Assembly: GCF_024521635.1 (NCBI RefSeq)
Contig: NW_026250406.1
Coordinates: forward strand, 1,364,001-1,428,000
Length of the DNA stretch: 64,000 bases
Direction: 5' to 3'
Origin: Tricharina praecox
Taxonomy: Eukaryota
Below are positions 1 to 12,583 of this stretch, piece after piece. Below the pieces are notes generated by a model, which did no database searches, was not told the DNA's origin, and was given only the letters and a program-made list of their open reading frames with translations. Each line of letters opens with the position of its first letter. Position 1 is the stretch's first letter. A program made the position numbers and the translations under genes.

Positions 1-309
1 CCAGTCCCAGTCCTGCTGGTCCTCTCCGCCTCACTGCTCGTCAATTTCCATCTCGTCGTCCTCCACATCCTCCCAGTCCTCCTCGTCGTCGTCCTCCTCG
101 ATTTCAATCAGCTCGTTCTCGTCGCCTCCCTTGTCGTTGGTGTTGCCCTCCTCCTCGTCGGCAGCGTCGGTAGCGTCTGCGTCGGCTTCGTTCTGAACCG
201 CGGAAGTTGCGGCGAGATATTTAGCCACCAAGGCCAAAATCTTGAGATACTCGGCGTATGCCTCATCGGTTTGGTGGTTGGGGGTGGGGATAATAGTATT
301 GTCGCCCAT
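1..309 (-). pseudogene. Acidic Trp-rich small protein family, copy 1 (in-frame TGA; 3' end runs off the window)
   Basis: ATG at 309 (MGDNTIIPTPNHQ...EEDWEDVEDDEMEIDEQ). TGA at 31-33 sits where copy 2 has GGA, and the frame continues as GGEDQQDWDW to the window edge. Confidence 0.65.
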
Positions 310-1330
310 TATTTCATTCGTTTGGTTGTTTTGTGTTGGTGGGTTTGACTGGGCTTTAATTGGAAGTTGTCGGGCGATAAGTTGATCGTGTGCTTGATGG
401 TGTGGGAGGAAGAAGAGGGAGGAAGAAGGGAGGGAGAGAAAAGAGAAAGCCCACGAGGTTCTTGGAACTGAATCGCCGTTGAGAGTCGCTAATGAGGCTT
501 GTCGCTGCCGTCGCGGCATCCTAGGACACTCGTGCATCGAGTGATGATCTATGCGTCACTGCCACCCGAGAACCACCGAGCAGCGGGTAGTTGCCCTAGC
601 TTGCATTCCGTAAATAGACTCCAGTATGTACGGAGAAATCAAACGTTCCGTTTCTACGAGAACGCAGGTTGCGTATCGCCGCCTCTAACCGCAGTCGGCG
701 AGTCCAGTCTCAGTAAAGTCTCGCCACCGCTTCCCCACACAGCATCATCGGGTTTTGTCATTCTCAAAGAGCCTGTTCAGCGGGCGAGATAGCCACAGTG
801 GAGGGGGAATGAACTCCAGGGGAGATCTCGGCGCTTTGCGCATGTACCACGTCGAATCATGACAACTAGCAATTTCCCAACCCCGCATTGGATCTAAATA
901 CGTTCCGCTGCTATTCGTCGGGCCTCAGCCTTAACAGATAAGCAAGCCCAGAGACGACGATTCCTTTCTGCTTCAGGGTTTTGGTGGTGGAATTTCTTTA
1001 TCAAATACATTATTGTGGATACCTCTGCCGGCCATAACCTTGGGGTTCCATTCTGTATGAACTATCAAGCAATCAGTCATAGGTAGTACACCTTGACACT
1101 GTTCCACGCTATGAAAGTAGATCTAACTCAGGAAGGATGACTGGCACGCGACTTTAACGTGGAACACCAGTGATAGGTTGGGCAGCAGATGCCGACTCTG
1201 CGAAAGCTACATTATCAGGTACATCGCTGGGGTGCGTTGCGACGAGCTTGAAAGGATATAAAGTCATTGGGATGCGATTATTTGCGATAAAAATTTTAAA
1301 AAAGAAAGAAAAAAAACAGCTCCTTAAGCT

Positions 1331-1687
1331 TCAATCAGCCTCCTCCGAGTCCGTAACCCACTCCCAGTCCTCCTGGCCCCCTGCCCCCTCCTTCGATTCC
1401 GAGTCCGTACCCCACTCCCAGTCCTCCTGATCCACTCCGCCTCCCTGCTCGTCAATTCCCATCTCGTCGTCCTCCACGTCGTCCTCCACGTTCTCCCACT
1501 CGTCCTCCTCCTCCGTGTCAACCTCCAGCTGCTCGGTGGCGACGGTGACGGCGGTTGTGGTCGTGGCGGCGGTCATGGCGGCGGCTTTTTCCCTGACCGC
1601 AGAATTGACGGGGAGAAATTTACCCCATAAGGCTAAGTTCTGGAGGGTCTCCAGGTTCGCGGAGCGGATGATGGTAATGTCGCTCAT
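1331..1687 (-). CDS. Acidic Trp-rich small protein family, copy 2 (only intact copy, 118 aa)
   Basis: Complete ATG-TGA ORF: Thr/Ala-rich N-half and an acidic C-half with EWENV, EDWEW, EDWEW. Flanking sequence is homologous to the other copies. Confidence 0.65.
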   Translation of the reverse strand: MSDITIIRSANLETLQNLALWGKFLPVNSAVREKAAAMTAATTTTAVTVATEQLEVDTEEEDEWENVEDDVEDDEMGIDEQGGGVDQEDWEWGTDSESKEGAGGQEDWEWVTDSEEAD

Positions 1688-2488
1688 AATGGTTGTCGCT
1701 GGGTGACTGGTGGTAGCGGGTTTCGTTTAGTGTTGTTTGCGACTTTCGTGTGGTGGTTTGTCGGGCGATTGGTGGTGTGGGGAGGAAGAGAGAAATGGGG
1801 AGAGAGAGAAACGGGGGGGGGAGAAGATATAACCCACCAGGTGCTTGGAACTCAATCGCAGTTGAGAGTCGTGATTGGGGCTTGTGGCTACAGTTGAGAT
1901 ATGCAAAGTCACTCGCATAGAGAGTGATTCCGTGTGAAGCGCCGCGTGAGAACCATGCAATCTGGATTCCACAGTTCTTGACGACATCTGTGATCATCAA
2001 CACTATCTCTCTACTTTAACTTCTTGTACAGTAATTACGTGGGGCCTGAGCAGGTAGATCATGGCAATGTGGCAGCTTTTATGTACAGTTCTCCTACCGC
2101 CGGCATTGCATCGATAGAGGGATCCCGACTCCCGAGTATTGTTTTATGTACAAACTACATACATGGAGGAGTACCGTACATAGGGCTCAAAAACATGCCC
2201 GCGACGTCGGGCGGTCGGTCGCAAGAATCCGCGTGTTCCGGCGGAGATGTGATCGATCAGGTAGGACTCCCGACGGCTTTAAATCAACTCCGAGAAGATA
2301 GCTTAGAGTTAAATAGTCAACTTTACTCTACGTTGTGTAGAATACTGGCTACGAGCCTACTATAACTACTTATTTAAAGGGTACATAACTGGAGTGCGCC
2401 CCGACGAGCACAAAAGAATACAATTGAAGTCATTGAGGATGCGGTATAAAATTGAAAAACAATGTGGAAAAATACAGTGCACTCGGCC

Positions 2489-2857
2489 TCAATCCTCCTC
2501 CTCGTCGGTCTCCCACTCCCAGTCCTCCTGGTCCTCTCTGGCTTTCTCCTCATCCTAACCCTCCTCCTCCCAGTCCCAGTCATCCTGGTCCTGCCCGCCT
2601 CCCTCCTCCACCTCGTCCGTATCCTCATCGTCCTCTCAGTCCCAGTCCTCCTGGTTCACTCCCCCTCCCTCCTCGTCCATCTCCGTCTCGTCCTCCTCCT
2701 CGTCCTCCCACTCGTCCTCCTCCTCGGTCTTTACCACCTCCTTCTCGGCGCCTCCCTTCTCGGCGCCTCTCTTCTCGTCGATGTCAACCGCCATTTTCTC
2801 GGCGGCATCGGCGGTGGTGGTGGTGTCGGCGGAGGTGGTGTGCATGATGTTTGCCAT
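2489..2857 (-). pseudogene. Acidic Trp-rich small protein family, copy 3 (two in-frame stops)
   Basis: ATG 2857. TGA at 2636-2638 replaces a paralogous TGG (DWD*E), and there is a TAG at 2555-2557. The frame continues to the family-typical terminal TGA at 2489-2491 (EDWEWETDEEED*). Confidence 0.65.
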
Positions 2858-3505
2858 TGGGTGAATAGTGGTAGCGGGTTGTATTTGTTCTTATTTGCGA
2901 TTTCCGTGCGGTTGGTTATCGGGCGGTTGGTGGTGTGTAAGGAAGAAGGAGGAGGAAGAAGGGAGAGAGGAAGGAAGGGGGAAAAGGAATCTGGTGGGGT
3001 GAAAAGGGAAAACATACTAGGTTATTGGAACTGAATCGCCAGCAAGAGTCGTTATTGAGGCTTGTCGCTGCTGGCGTGGCATGCGAGGTCATTCGCTTGG
3101 CGAGTGATGACATTTGATGTGCAGTCAGAGAACCACTTATCGCTGCCTCTAGCCGCAGTCGGCATGTCCATGGTTAGTATAGTATAGCTGGCTACGATGA
3201 TGACTGAGTCGGTTGTTGTATTCTCCCATCTGGGCCTTGGTACCGGCCTGTGCCGACGAAGATGGAATCGTGAAGGACTTCCGAGCCCCGGCGGCTTCGA
3301 ATCAACTCGAAGATGCCTTAACTTATCTTTCAGTAGTCAGCTTTACTCTACTGGGTATACACAACTCTGAATACGAGTCTATAATAACTATCTGATATAC
3401 AACTGGGGTGCTTCGCGACAAGCTCGAAAGGATAAACTCAGAAGACATTGAGGATGCAGTTATTTGCGACAAAATTTAAATGTAAAAAAAAAGACTCCCT
3501 CAACC

Positions 3506-3844
3506 TCACATCTCCTCATCCGCACCCTCCTCCCAGTCCTCCCAGTCCTCTACGCCTCCCACCTCCTCTTCGTCCGTATCCTCCTCCCAGTCCCAGTCCC
3601 AGTCCTCCTGGTCCAGCTCCTCCTGGTGCTCCTCGTCAATCTTCTCCTCGTCCTCTTTTCCCTCCTCTTCGTCCTCCCACTCGTCCTCCTCCTCGTCCTC
3701 TCTGTCCTCCTCCTCGTCCTCCTCCTTGATGGCCATCAGCTCCTTCTCAGTGCCTCACTTCTGGTCCCGGTCAACCTGCATTGCCTTGGTGGCGATGGCG
3801 ATGGCGGTGGTGGTAGTGGTGGTGGTGGTGACAATGTCGTGCAT
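3506..3844 (-). pseudogene. Acidic Trp-rich small protein family, copy 4 (in-frame TGA)
   Basis: ATG 3844 (MHDIVTTTT...). TGA at 3755-3757 is in frame with the downstream acidic ORF 3506-3736 (EDWDWDWEE). Confidence 0.65.
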
Positions 3845-4951
3845 GATTTCGGTCGCTGGTAGATCTTTGGTGACGAGTTGGATTGTGTTTATTTGCGACT
3901 TTGAGCGAAGGTTGATCGTGCGACTGGTGGTGTGGGAGGAGGAAGGAGGAGGAAGAAGGGAGAGAGAGAGAAAGGGGGGAAGGGAAGAAGGGGAACCCTG
4001 GAGGTGCTTGGAACTCAATCACCGTTAAGAGTCGGGGTTGAGGCTTGTCGCTACCGCCCAGGCATGCGATGTCACTCGCGGAGCGGGTGATGCTTTGTGT
4101 TGTAATATCTGTCTAGATTAGTCATGGTAGAAGGCACGGACCTTTACTCCTATTCCATATATCTTCTGTTCTCACGAGGCTACAGCCTTACACTTCAATA
4201 CTACACTGTTCACCACCACATCTTACTTTATATTTCCAACACTTTGTGTTGGAATTTGGAGAAGAACTTGACTTGATTGATGTATTAGTACGAGAAAGAT
4301 GAGAAAGAAGACTGCTTATAAAGGGAGACGAGCTCGTGTAGAGGAGAAGACCGGGACTCAGACAGAGGATGCGACGATACTCGTCGCCGGACTCGGGCTG
4401 GGGGCCTGAAGGCTGAAGGTCTAAACGGGCTGATTCTGGTGAGAAGCCAGGGAAAATGCTAGGAAGCCACGTAGGCCTCGAAGGCCGTGAAGGCGGTATG
4501 CGACGATGCAAAAGGATGGAGGATAGAGAAAGTAGCAGTGACACCGGAACAGACAATAAGACGCATAATATCAACACTTTGTGAAGCATCGCCCGTGCTG
4601 CCTCGAGCCGCAGCCGGCAAGTCCATAGTTAGGTAGTAGAGCTGTTTACAATGATGGCTGGCCCAGTCTGTGTATGCTTTGATTAGCACCGTGGCATCCG
4701 CCTATGCCAACGGAGATGCGATTGTGAAAGACTCCCGGGCCCCGACGGCTTTGAAACGACTCGAAGGCACCGACGGCTTTCATCCGTCAACTTTACTTTA
4801 CTAGTTATGTAGAAAACTGGCTACGCGCCTCTGGTAACTACCTGGTACATAACTGGGGTGGGTCACGACGAGCTCGAAAGCATACAAAGTCGTAGGGGAT
4901 AATGGATTCAATTATTTGCGGTAAAACTTTTTAAAAACGCCTCCCTGAGCC

Positions 4952-5374
4952 TCAATGCTCCTCCTCGTCCGTATCCCAGTCATAGTCCTCCCAGTCCTCT
5001 TGGCCCCCCTCCTTTCCCTCGCCCCTGCCCTCCTCCGGCCAGTCCCAGTCCTCCTGGTTCACCCCGCCTCCCTCCTCGTCAACCTCCATTTCGTCCTCCT
5101 CCCAGTCTTCCCACTCCTCCTCCCCTCCCTCCTCGTTCATCTTCTCCTCATGCTTCGCGTCCTCTTTCTGGTCACCTCCCTTGTGTTTCTTGACCACCTC
5201 AACTTTCTCGGCGGCGGTGGTGGTGGAGGCAGCGTTGTCGTCGGCGGCAGCCTCGTTCTGAATCTCGGAAGTCGCGGCGAGATATTCGGCCACCAAGGCC
5301 AAAATTGCGAGGTTCTTGGTGTAGGCCTCGTCGCTCAGGTGGTTGGGGGTGGGGATGATATTGGTGTTGTCCCT
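4952..5374 (-). pseudogene. Acidic Trp-rich small protein family, copy 5 (start codon ATG>AGG)
   Basis: Open frame closely matching copy 1 (IIPTPNH..DEAY...ILALVA.YLAATS). The codon at the expected start is AGG (5372-5374), two codons after an in-frame TAA. Confidence 0.55.
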
Positions 5375-6861
5375 GATTTAGTTCGTTATGAGTTGTGGTG
5401 AGTGGTGACGGCTTCGAAGTTCGATTTGTGTTTATTTTGAGCGGTGGGTTATGATAGTATAGGAGAAAGAAGGGAGAGAGAGAGAAAGGTGAGAGAATTT
5501 AAGAAAGGGGACAACTCATGAGGTGGTTGGAACTGAATCGCGGCCGAGAGTCGTTGAGGCTTGCCCACTAGGCATGCAATATCACTCACTGCACGGGTGA
5601 TCCCTCGTGAAGCGCCGCCTGAGAACCACGGAGCAGCGGGTAGTTACAACAGCTTGAATTCCGTACATGACCTTCAGTACAGAGAAGTACGGAAAAACCA
5701 AAAGCTCCACCACTATCTCTCCATTCTTTCCATAGTACTTGTACATACACAGCATCCCAAGAATGGCGGAACGTGACTCGTACGGTGAGATTCTGAAGTT
5801 GCCGGTACCATAGCACTCGTGATTATTCTACCGTCAGCCTCAAGATGTTCGTACAGGTGTTCTAGAAAAGGAATGGAAGCAACGGAAAATGGACATCTTC
5901 AATGTTAACGGGCCAGCCGAGTTTAACTTCGCTCGGTTCATGATCTGAGGGAGAGTAAAAGGTGGGGTAGGTACAGTACATAAGCTGTCTCGGTTTCCAC
6001 GGTACGATATCATTGTTTTGATTGTTCCATGTTCGCAACGAAGGGCAGGGGGCGAAGCACCAAGCCGCCCCTCAGGGTCCTTCTAGCCTTCATGCGCACA
6101 GCCGGACTACAGACAGGATGCGAAATAAGCACTGTGGAGTGTTATGATCTAGCTGGTAGAATTCAATTGATGATTTAGTTAACAATCTCCTCACTTCTTC
6201 CCATTCTACTCCATCCCACCACTCTCCCAGCCCACAGAGTACGGCGGCACAATGTATCACTCGACAGCGTGCGCCGGAGCGACGCCACACCTAAGCGCTG
6301 CGACTGCGCCACACGTACCTCGGGATACAGAGTAACATGGAGCCTTGCGGGAAGATAGTATTGATTCGCAAAACATAGAGGATGACCAGCTAGCCATACC
6401 AGAAACAAGCATGAAAATAAACTGGATTCTCTTTCGCGGCGTGCAAACATTACCAATATGACCAATGTGCAAAATCGTCGACGAGTGACGATGTGGCTTG
6501 ATGATCTGAGTTTCGAACGAGAATCGGAACGTGTGCTGCTGGGGCACGTTACAGTGGTCAATGTTCATCTAAGCTTTGGTTGTCCGACGTATGCTGGGAT
6601 ACGGTAATGGTGTACCTACCACTCCTGGCCGCGCACCCCCGGAACATGGAGTTTCCTCTCGCCATCCCGACTCAGCAATACAGCTGGGACATCATCTTTT
6701 GCATAGACATCTGCTTGAGTACATACGAGCTGCATCATGGCCACATCGAGAAGTAATCAAAGAATGAATTGATATCCCGACCCCGCACCCAGCACCGCAA
6801 CTCCCCAACACCCAACTTCCGCTCCAGCCCCCCCCCCCCCCCCCCATCCCCGACCCAAAAA

Positions 6862-8521
6862 TCACCACAACATGAGCAAACTTTCCATAACCGTAAAACT
6901 CTCCCTAGAGTCCTCATGCTCCTCACCCAACGTTTTGACCCTCGTCTCGTAGGCGCGCCTTAAGCACTCGCGTCCGCGCGCAGGCTCATAGCTCTCTACA
7001 TACGTGACCCCCAGGTAGTGGAGAGTAGTGAGCGTAGCGGGGTCCTCATCACCAAGCACGCGCTTCCTGGCGTCCAGACAGCGCTCGAGGTGCAGTCGTG
7101 CGCCCGCGTGGTCGCGGCTGTGGTAGCACGTGCGCCCCAGCTCGTGCAGGGAGTCGAGGGTATCCCGCGCTTCCGGCCCGAGCACGGATTCGCGGCCGAG
7201 GACGGCCCGCGAGAAACACTCTTGTGCTGCGCTGAGGCGGTGGAGCCTGCGTAGGATGAGGCCGACGCTGTGCAGTGACGCAAGAGTGTCCGGGTGCGAG
7301 TCCCCGAGGGTCTTGGAGCGGCCTTGGAAGGCGAGCTCGAGGTGGTGGAGGGCGTCGGAGAGGTCGAGGGAGGGTTGTGGCGGTGGTGATGCCGGTAGCT
7401 GCCGCGAGAGGGCTTGGTGATAGATTGTTAGCCCCAGCCAGTGGAGGGAGTCCAGGGTCTGTGGGTCTTCGTCGCCGAGGACACGCGCACGACCGGCGAA
7501 GGCACTTTCGAAGCATTCCCGAGCCTTGCGGAAGTATTTCAGTTGGTTGTAGGCGATGCCGATCTTGTGGCTGAATGCGAAGGTCTCCGGGTCGTCGTCG
7601 CCGAGTGTTTGCGACGGCGAAGAGTAATAGCTGTTGGCTTTCCAGTAGCTGTCGGCTTCGAGCATCAGTTTATCCAGTTCGCTGTCGGCGATGGGATCTT
7701 CGAGTGTGGAGGGGGTTTCGGAACGTGGTCGGAAGATGCTTGGGAGCCAAGCGAGACGGGGACTGGGCGCACGGCTGTGGACCTGGCTGTGAGCCTGGCT
7801 GTGGATGCCGCTGGGCGAGTCGATCAGAGCGGTGAGATGCTCGGTGGTTAGCTCCGGAGAGGAGACATCTATGGATGGTGAACTAGAGAGTTTGGGTGTC
7901 GGCCGTCGGCCGTGAGAGACGTTCCTGCCGCATCCCACAAAGTCGTCCGCTCCTTCTGGCCTGGTAATGATGTCGAAGTTGGGCGTCCAGTATGTGACGA
8001 ACGAAGGCGTCTCTACAAGCATGATTAGTCAGAAAGATGCACGTATCAACCCGGTTGCCACAAACAGAAGAAACAACATACCAGTCGAGCTGGAAGCCTC
8101 TGGCGGGTTCCCGAACCGCTTTCTCGCTCTCTCTATCTTGTCTTCGTCGAGCACGAGCCCATGCCAAGCGAAGATGGTATCCTTCCCCTGGGCCTTCCTC
8201 CGGTCGGCCACCTGGATGATGGCCGCCATCTTCCGCTTCGAGATATTCTTCTCCATCCGCCATATCCTGAGACGTTTCTTGTACTGCGCCTCACTGCGGA
8301 AGGTTAGCCATAGCAAAAATGAATAGGGGATGGAGTATTTACGTGGCATAGAACTCCCACCGCTCCCACAGTGTCTTACGGAGGTCCCGGATCTTGACAC
8401 CCTCCTGGAGGTACATCTGTCTAATCCACTCTCGATGGGTCTCCCATTCCTCTTCACGGATCTCTCGGGCTTTGAGGCCCCTTTCCCAGTCGTCGGGATG
8501 GAGGTTGGACGGTGATTCCAT
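6862..8521 (-). CDS. Clr5-domain protein with C-terminal kinesin-light-chain-like TPR repeats (~513 aa)
   Basis: Exons 8343-8521, 8082-8293 and 6862-8012 with GT..AG introns and CTAAC/CTAAT branch sites. Clr5-type N-terminus (WETHREWIRQMY...QYKKRLRIWRMEKN). About 42-aa repeats of the type LGDEDPQTLDSLHWLG. Confidence 0.85.
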
Positions 8522-11500
8522 TGAGAATGAAGGATGCCCCGGGGGTGGGCGGGGGTGTGAATATCGATTCGATCCGTGGGATGGTGGAAAAAAGTACAGA
8601 AGATTGATGGCTGTCTGTAGGTTTTTTCAAGACACGTACACACTTATATTAAACTCTGTTGACGGTAGTGAACTGAACATCACCATCTATTCTCCTCGGA
8701 AACCCAGTTTTATATCAGTGTCGCCTTGAGTCACTCGTCCATGCTGTCCCCAGTGATGATCATGATCCGACGACCACCATCCAATGCTAGTGGTAGGCGA
8801 CACCGGTGCTGTGCACTAACTATCCCTAGGGCTGAGTAGATCCTACTCCGGAAAACATGGCTCGGGCATGCTACATGCAGAGGTTCCACGAAGCGGGCAG
8901 CGGCAGGCAGGAGGATTAAGCATATCGATAGTGTTTACTATGGTAGTGGCAAATAGTCGCAAGGGCAAGACAACATATGTCCTAGGACTCTGACTGTAAG
9001 GAACATACTACAGCCGGTGGTGGGGGCAGTAGTTCGTGTTCGCCTCGCAGCCATGTTGAGCGGGGGAGTGGGGGGATGGTGGGGCTGATGTGGCTATCCC
9101 CGAAGTGCACATCAGAGCAGCAGCAGCAGCAGTGGGGGATGAGAGCACCGGCCCGTCCGCTTCCCGTCACCGACTGACCGGCATAGGCCTCCAATGCGGC
9201 TCTCGAGCATGACTTCACCCATCCTGCAGAGTCATCTTTAACATGTGTTTTTGCTGATGGTGATCCCATTGGTTTCCACCTCCGGTTTATTTACCGCCGA
9301 GTCTCGCGGTAGGTCGGAGTCGAAGTCGTTCCGGATGACTGATGTGAAGCACTCCACTCTCATGACGGTCGATGCCCATGTGCTAACTCCGGAAGAACTA
9401 ATCCTCCCTCGAGCGGTCAGTCAAAGCGCTGAAGATGAGTACATCAGGCTCTATACACTTGTATTCAAACCTCCATATCAGTCCCTCAGGGAGGAGGATG
9501 AGTCCACGGGTTTGGTGTTTGTCGGTTTCAATCCATCTGATCGACCGGCGGTCGATGGCATAAGGCTCTCAGGGGTGGAATTGAATCACACCTACAAACA
9601 CACCTCGTTCAGTGGACAGATCTGGCGCCGGGCTCCGTCATCTAAGCCTTTCACCGACAGCACCCCCTAGCTAGCTTTGCTTTTAGCCCTGAAGATATAA
9701 ATCCGTTTGTGGGGATGGAGGAGTGGAGGATGGAGGATATGAGTGCGGTGTGGTGAGAAACGATAGCAGGCTCGAGCATGTGAAGCTTTTCTCGATCTGG
9801 ACGTTCTGAAATCTTGGGAATATCGGATGCCTAGAATGGAATCATCTTCAGCCCTCTAGGAGTGGGACAGTGAGACTCAATCAAAACCCAATCACGACTT
9901 GAGAGTCGACTTTGACCGAGTCAACCAACCACGGCATACGTAGGTATCGCGCGAGGTCAGATCAATCCGCGGTGAGCACCCCCAAATGCGCAGCCACCGT
10001 TAAATCTCCGTATCTACATAGTATGTACGTAGAGTATGTATACCGGCCGGTTGTTCGGCGGTACGGTAGGGACCAGTAGGGTGATGATTCGTGCAGGATC
10101 TCGATCCGATCGACGCGTTAAACGCCTGTGCGCACACGTCGGAGCACGTCCGTAGAGAGTTTTGGCAGGTCTGAAACTTTTGTGACAGGGGTCGGTCGGA
10201 TCCGAAACACAGGGCGACGGGATTTCTATTATTCCTTAATGCAGGGTACCACGTCATCTCGGCTCTGCCGCAATTCATCCCCTGCAGACTTTATCCCTAT
10301 GTAGCTGGTTTGCCCGTGCAGACGCGACGGAAGCAGGAGGGGGATTCTAGACTTGCAACGGCCATCTGAAGGTAAGCTATTAGTTGGGTACTGCGCGATG
10401 AGAGACAGAACGGGAGCTATAGTATAGTTGCCGGTATTAAAGACCGGTCGGATACGACAGTCCCTACGCTCTAGGGGGCCACCAGAGCGACAACTTCCGG
10501 CACGGAGCGTCGGCACGTTCTGGTGCCATGGCCGAAGCAAAGTGAATGACTGTGGAGTGGAAGCAAGTACTGCCCAATACCCAGCGAGAACTTGGCGGTC
10601 GCACCGTGTTGCTGAGCTAGGTAGGTACAATAGGTAGTCCGAGTGAATGAGGCGATTGAACGCGGCGATTGAATGCGACGAGTGACATCAGATGCCAGCA
10701 TGCGTGTGTGCAGTTGGCGTGTGCGGGCCGCAAAAAAGTCCCGCTGGAGGATCATTCAAGGGATTCCGAGTGTCTGAATGGTGGTGGTGTTGGCCTGACG
10801 ACAGTGTCCCTGTCCATCCATGTCCATCAATTAGCCGAAAACCAAAAACCCATAAAATGTCAGCCCTACGGACATGACCCAAAGCACATGACCGCGTTGC
10901 AACTCGCAGGCGGATAAGCGCTATGTAACACAAGATTGGCCCGTCGGCCTCCACCGCCACAACTCAAACCGCATCGGCATCGAATCGTGGCGCAGTGAGT
11001 GCAGCACACCACCGAGAAACCAACTTATCACCACCACCACTCAATCCACCCGAAACCCTGTTTTAATGCGACCAGTCGCGCAGACACGGTGCCCCGGTGA
11101 ACCTCCTCGGAATTAATATGATGCTCGTCACCAGTCTCCACTCTAGGAGATCTACCAGCAGCCCTCCGCTGATATCATAGGTCCAATCGACGGAGAGTGG
11201 GGGATTGATGTGACGGAGACATCTCCTGCGCTGAGATGCTGTCGAGCCCGCCAGCCAGCCCTACCCCTCCCGCATTTCCAGTGCACCCAGCCAGAACCGG
11301 AGACTCCGATCCTGACTGCGACTTCGTTTTCCCCACCGACCGTGCTAATCCTACGAGAGTGGGGGGAAGTTCCGCAGCGGTTCGAGTGTGATACGAACGT
11401 CTCCCTATAGTTGCGTCAATGCGTTTGCTCGTGGCAAGTTTGTATGTCTGGACTCTGTACCTACCTCTTACCTACCTACCGCCGACCGGTACGTTACTGA

Positions 11501-12583
11501 TTGCGATAATTGTCGCGCGCGCACCCGGTGAAGCGTACCCACCGTAGTGCCTGCGAACCACCATTCGCATTGACCGAAGTTACCGGTACCATGCGCTGCA
11601 CACTGCACGCTAGTGATCTGCTGTTCGCACCGCCTTCTAGTCGAACCGCAGGGATGCCGACCCAATTAGCCGTCACCGGATCATAGCGCATCACGCGATG
11701 AGCCGGGGCCGGGCCATTGGCGACGATGTTGCCCCAAGCATGACCGAGACCGAGACCATGCCCTAGGCTGGGCGGAAGCAGTACCGATTGCCGTACGGTG
11801 ATGTGCCCAACGCACGCTCCAGGAAAAGGTGGGGTGTTAGGTCTGACTCGACGACAACGAGCAGGGGCGGCCGGGGCGGCCGACGGGCTTCAAATCTTGA
11901 CATGGGCCTCACGTGATGTGGAATGTGAGATGTCGATTGCGCGCACTACCGCAACGGTCATTGAAGAGTCCAAGCTAGCATATAGTTTTATTACTTCCTT
12001 CAATGTCCTACTCACTCTGACCAACAGAGCGTCACTGAATATCATACCAAATCTAGAGTATGAAGAGTACACCGAGGGAATCGAGCTAACAGCCCCCCCT
12101 TCCCCCCTCCCCCCCCCCCCCCCCACCGCCGTAGGGAAGACTACTCTGGTGTAGCGCTGGGTGCATTAACCCGCCCCCAAGTTCCAACTTCCACTGCTTA
12201 TCACGATGGGAATATATAATTACATACAGCGGACCAGACCATGTCGATTCACCACCCACTCACCCACCCAAAGATCAAGATTTTGGTAAGATTCTAGGCG
12301 TGCGCGTATCTGCTATATCTGCTGCTGTCATCCCCCTAACTGACTGTTGACGGGGATGGAAGACCGGACGCATGCACCGGATATCACTCGGATTACCATA
12401 CATACTCGACAATTTCTAAGTAGGTATGTCCGTGTTCTCAATTCCTCTGGTATCGTATTGCGGTGATCTAGATAGGCCGAAAGCAAACAAAACAAAATAC
12501 TTCTTCTAGGACACTGTCGGTAGGCGGGTTCTGGGGACAATACTCCGGTACATAGGCTGGAGCCTGGCTTGCAGTGCCCCCTA

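Noticed and set aside
2452..5401. Plus-strand Leu-rich or Pro-rich ORFs overlapping the acidic genes
   Set aside because: Reverse-complement readings of GAG/GAC-rich codons; their starts are not conserved between units.
9245..9670. 141-aa ORF
   Set aside because: No recognisable motif or supporting gene structure.
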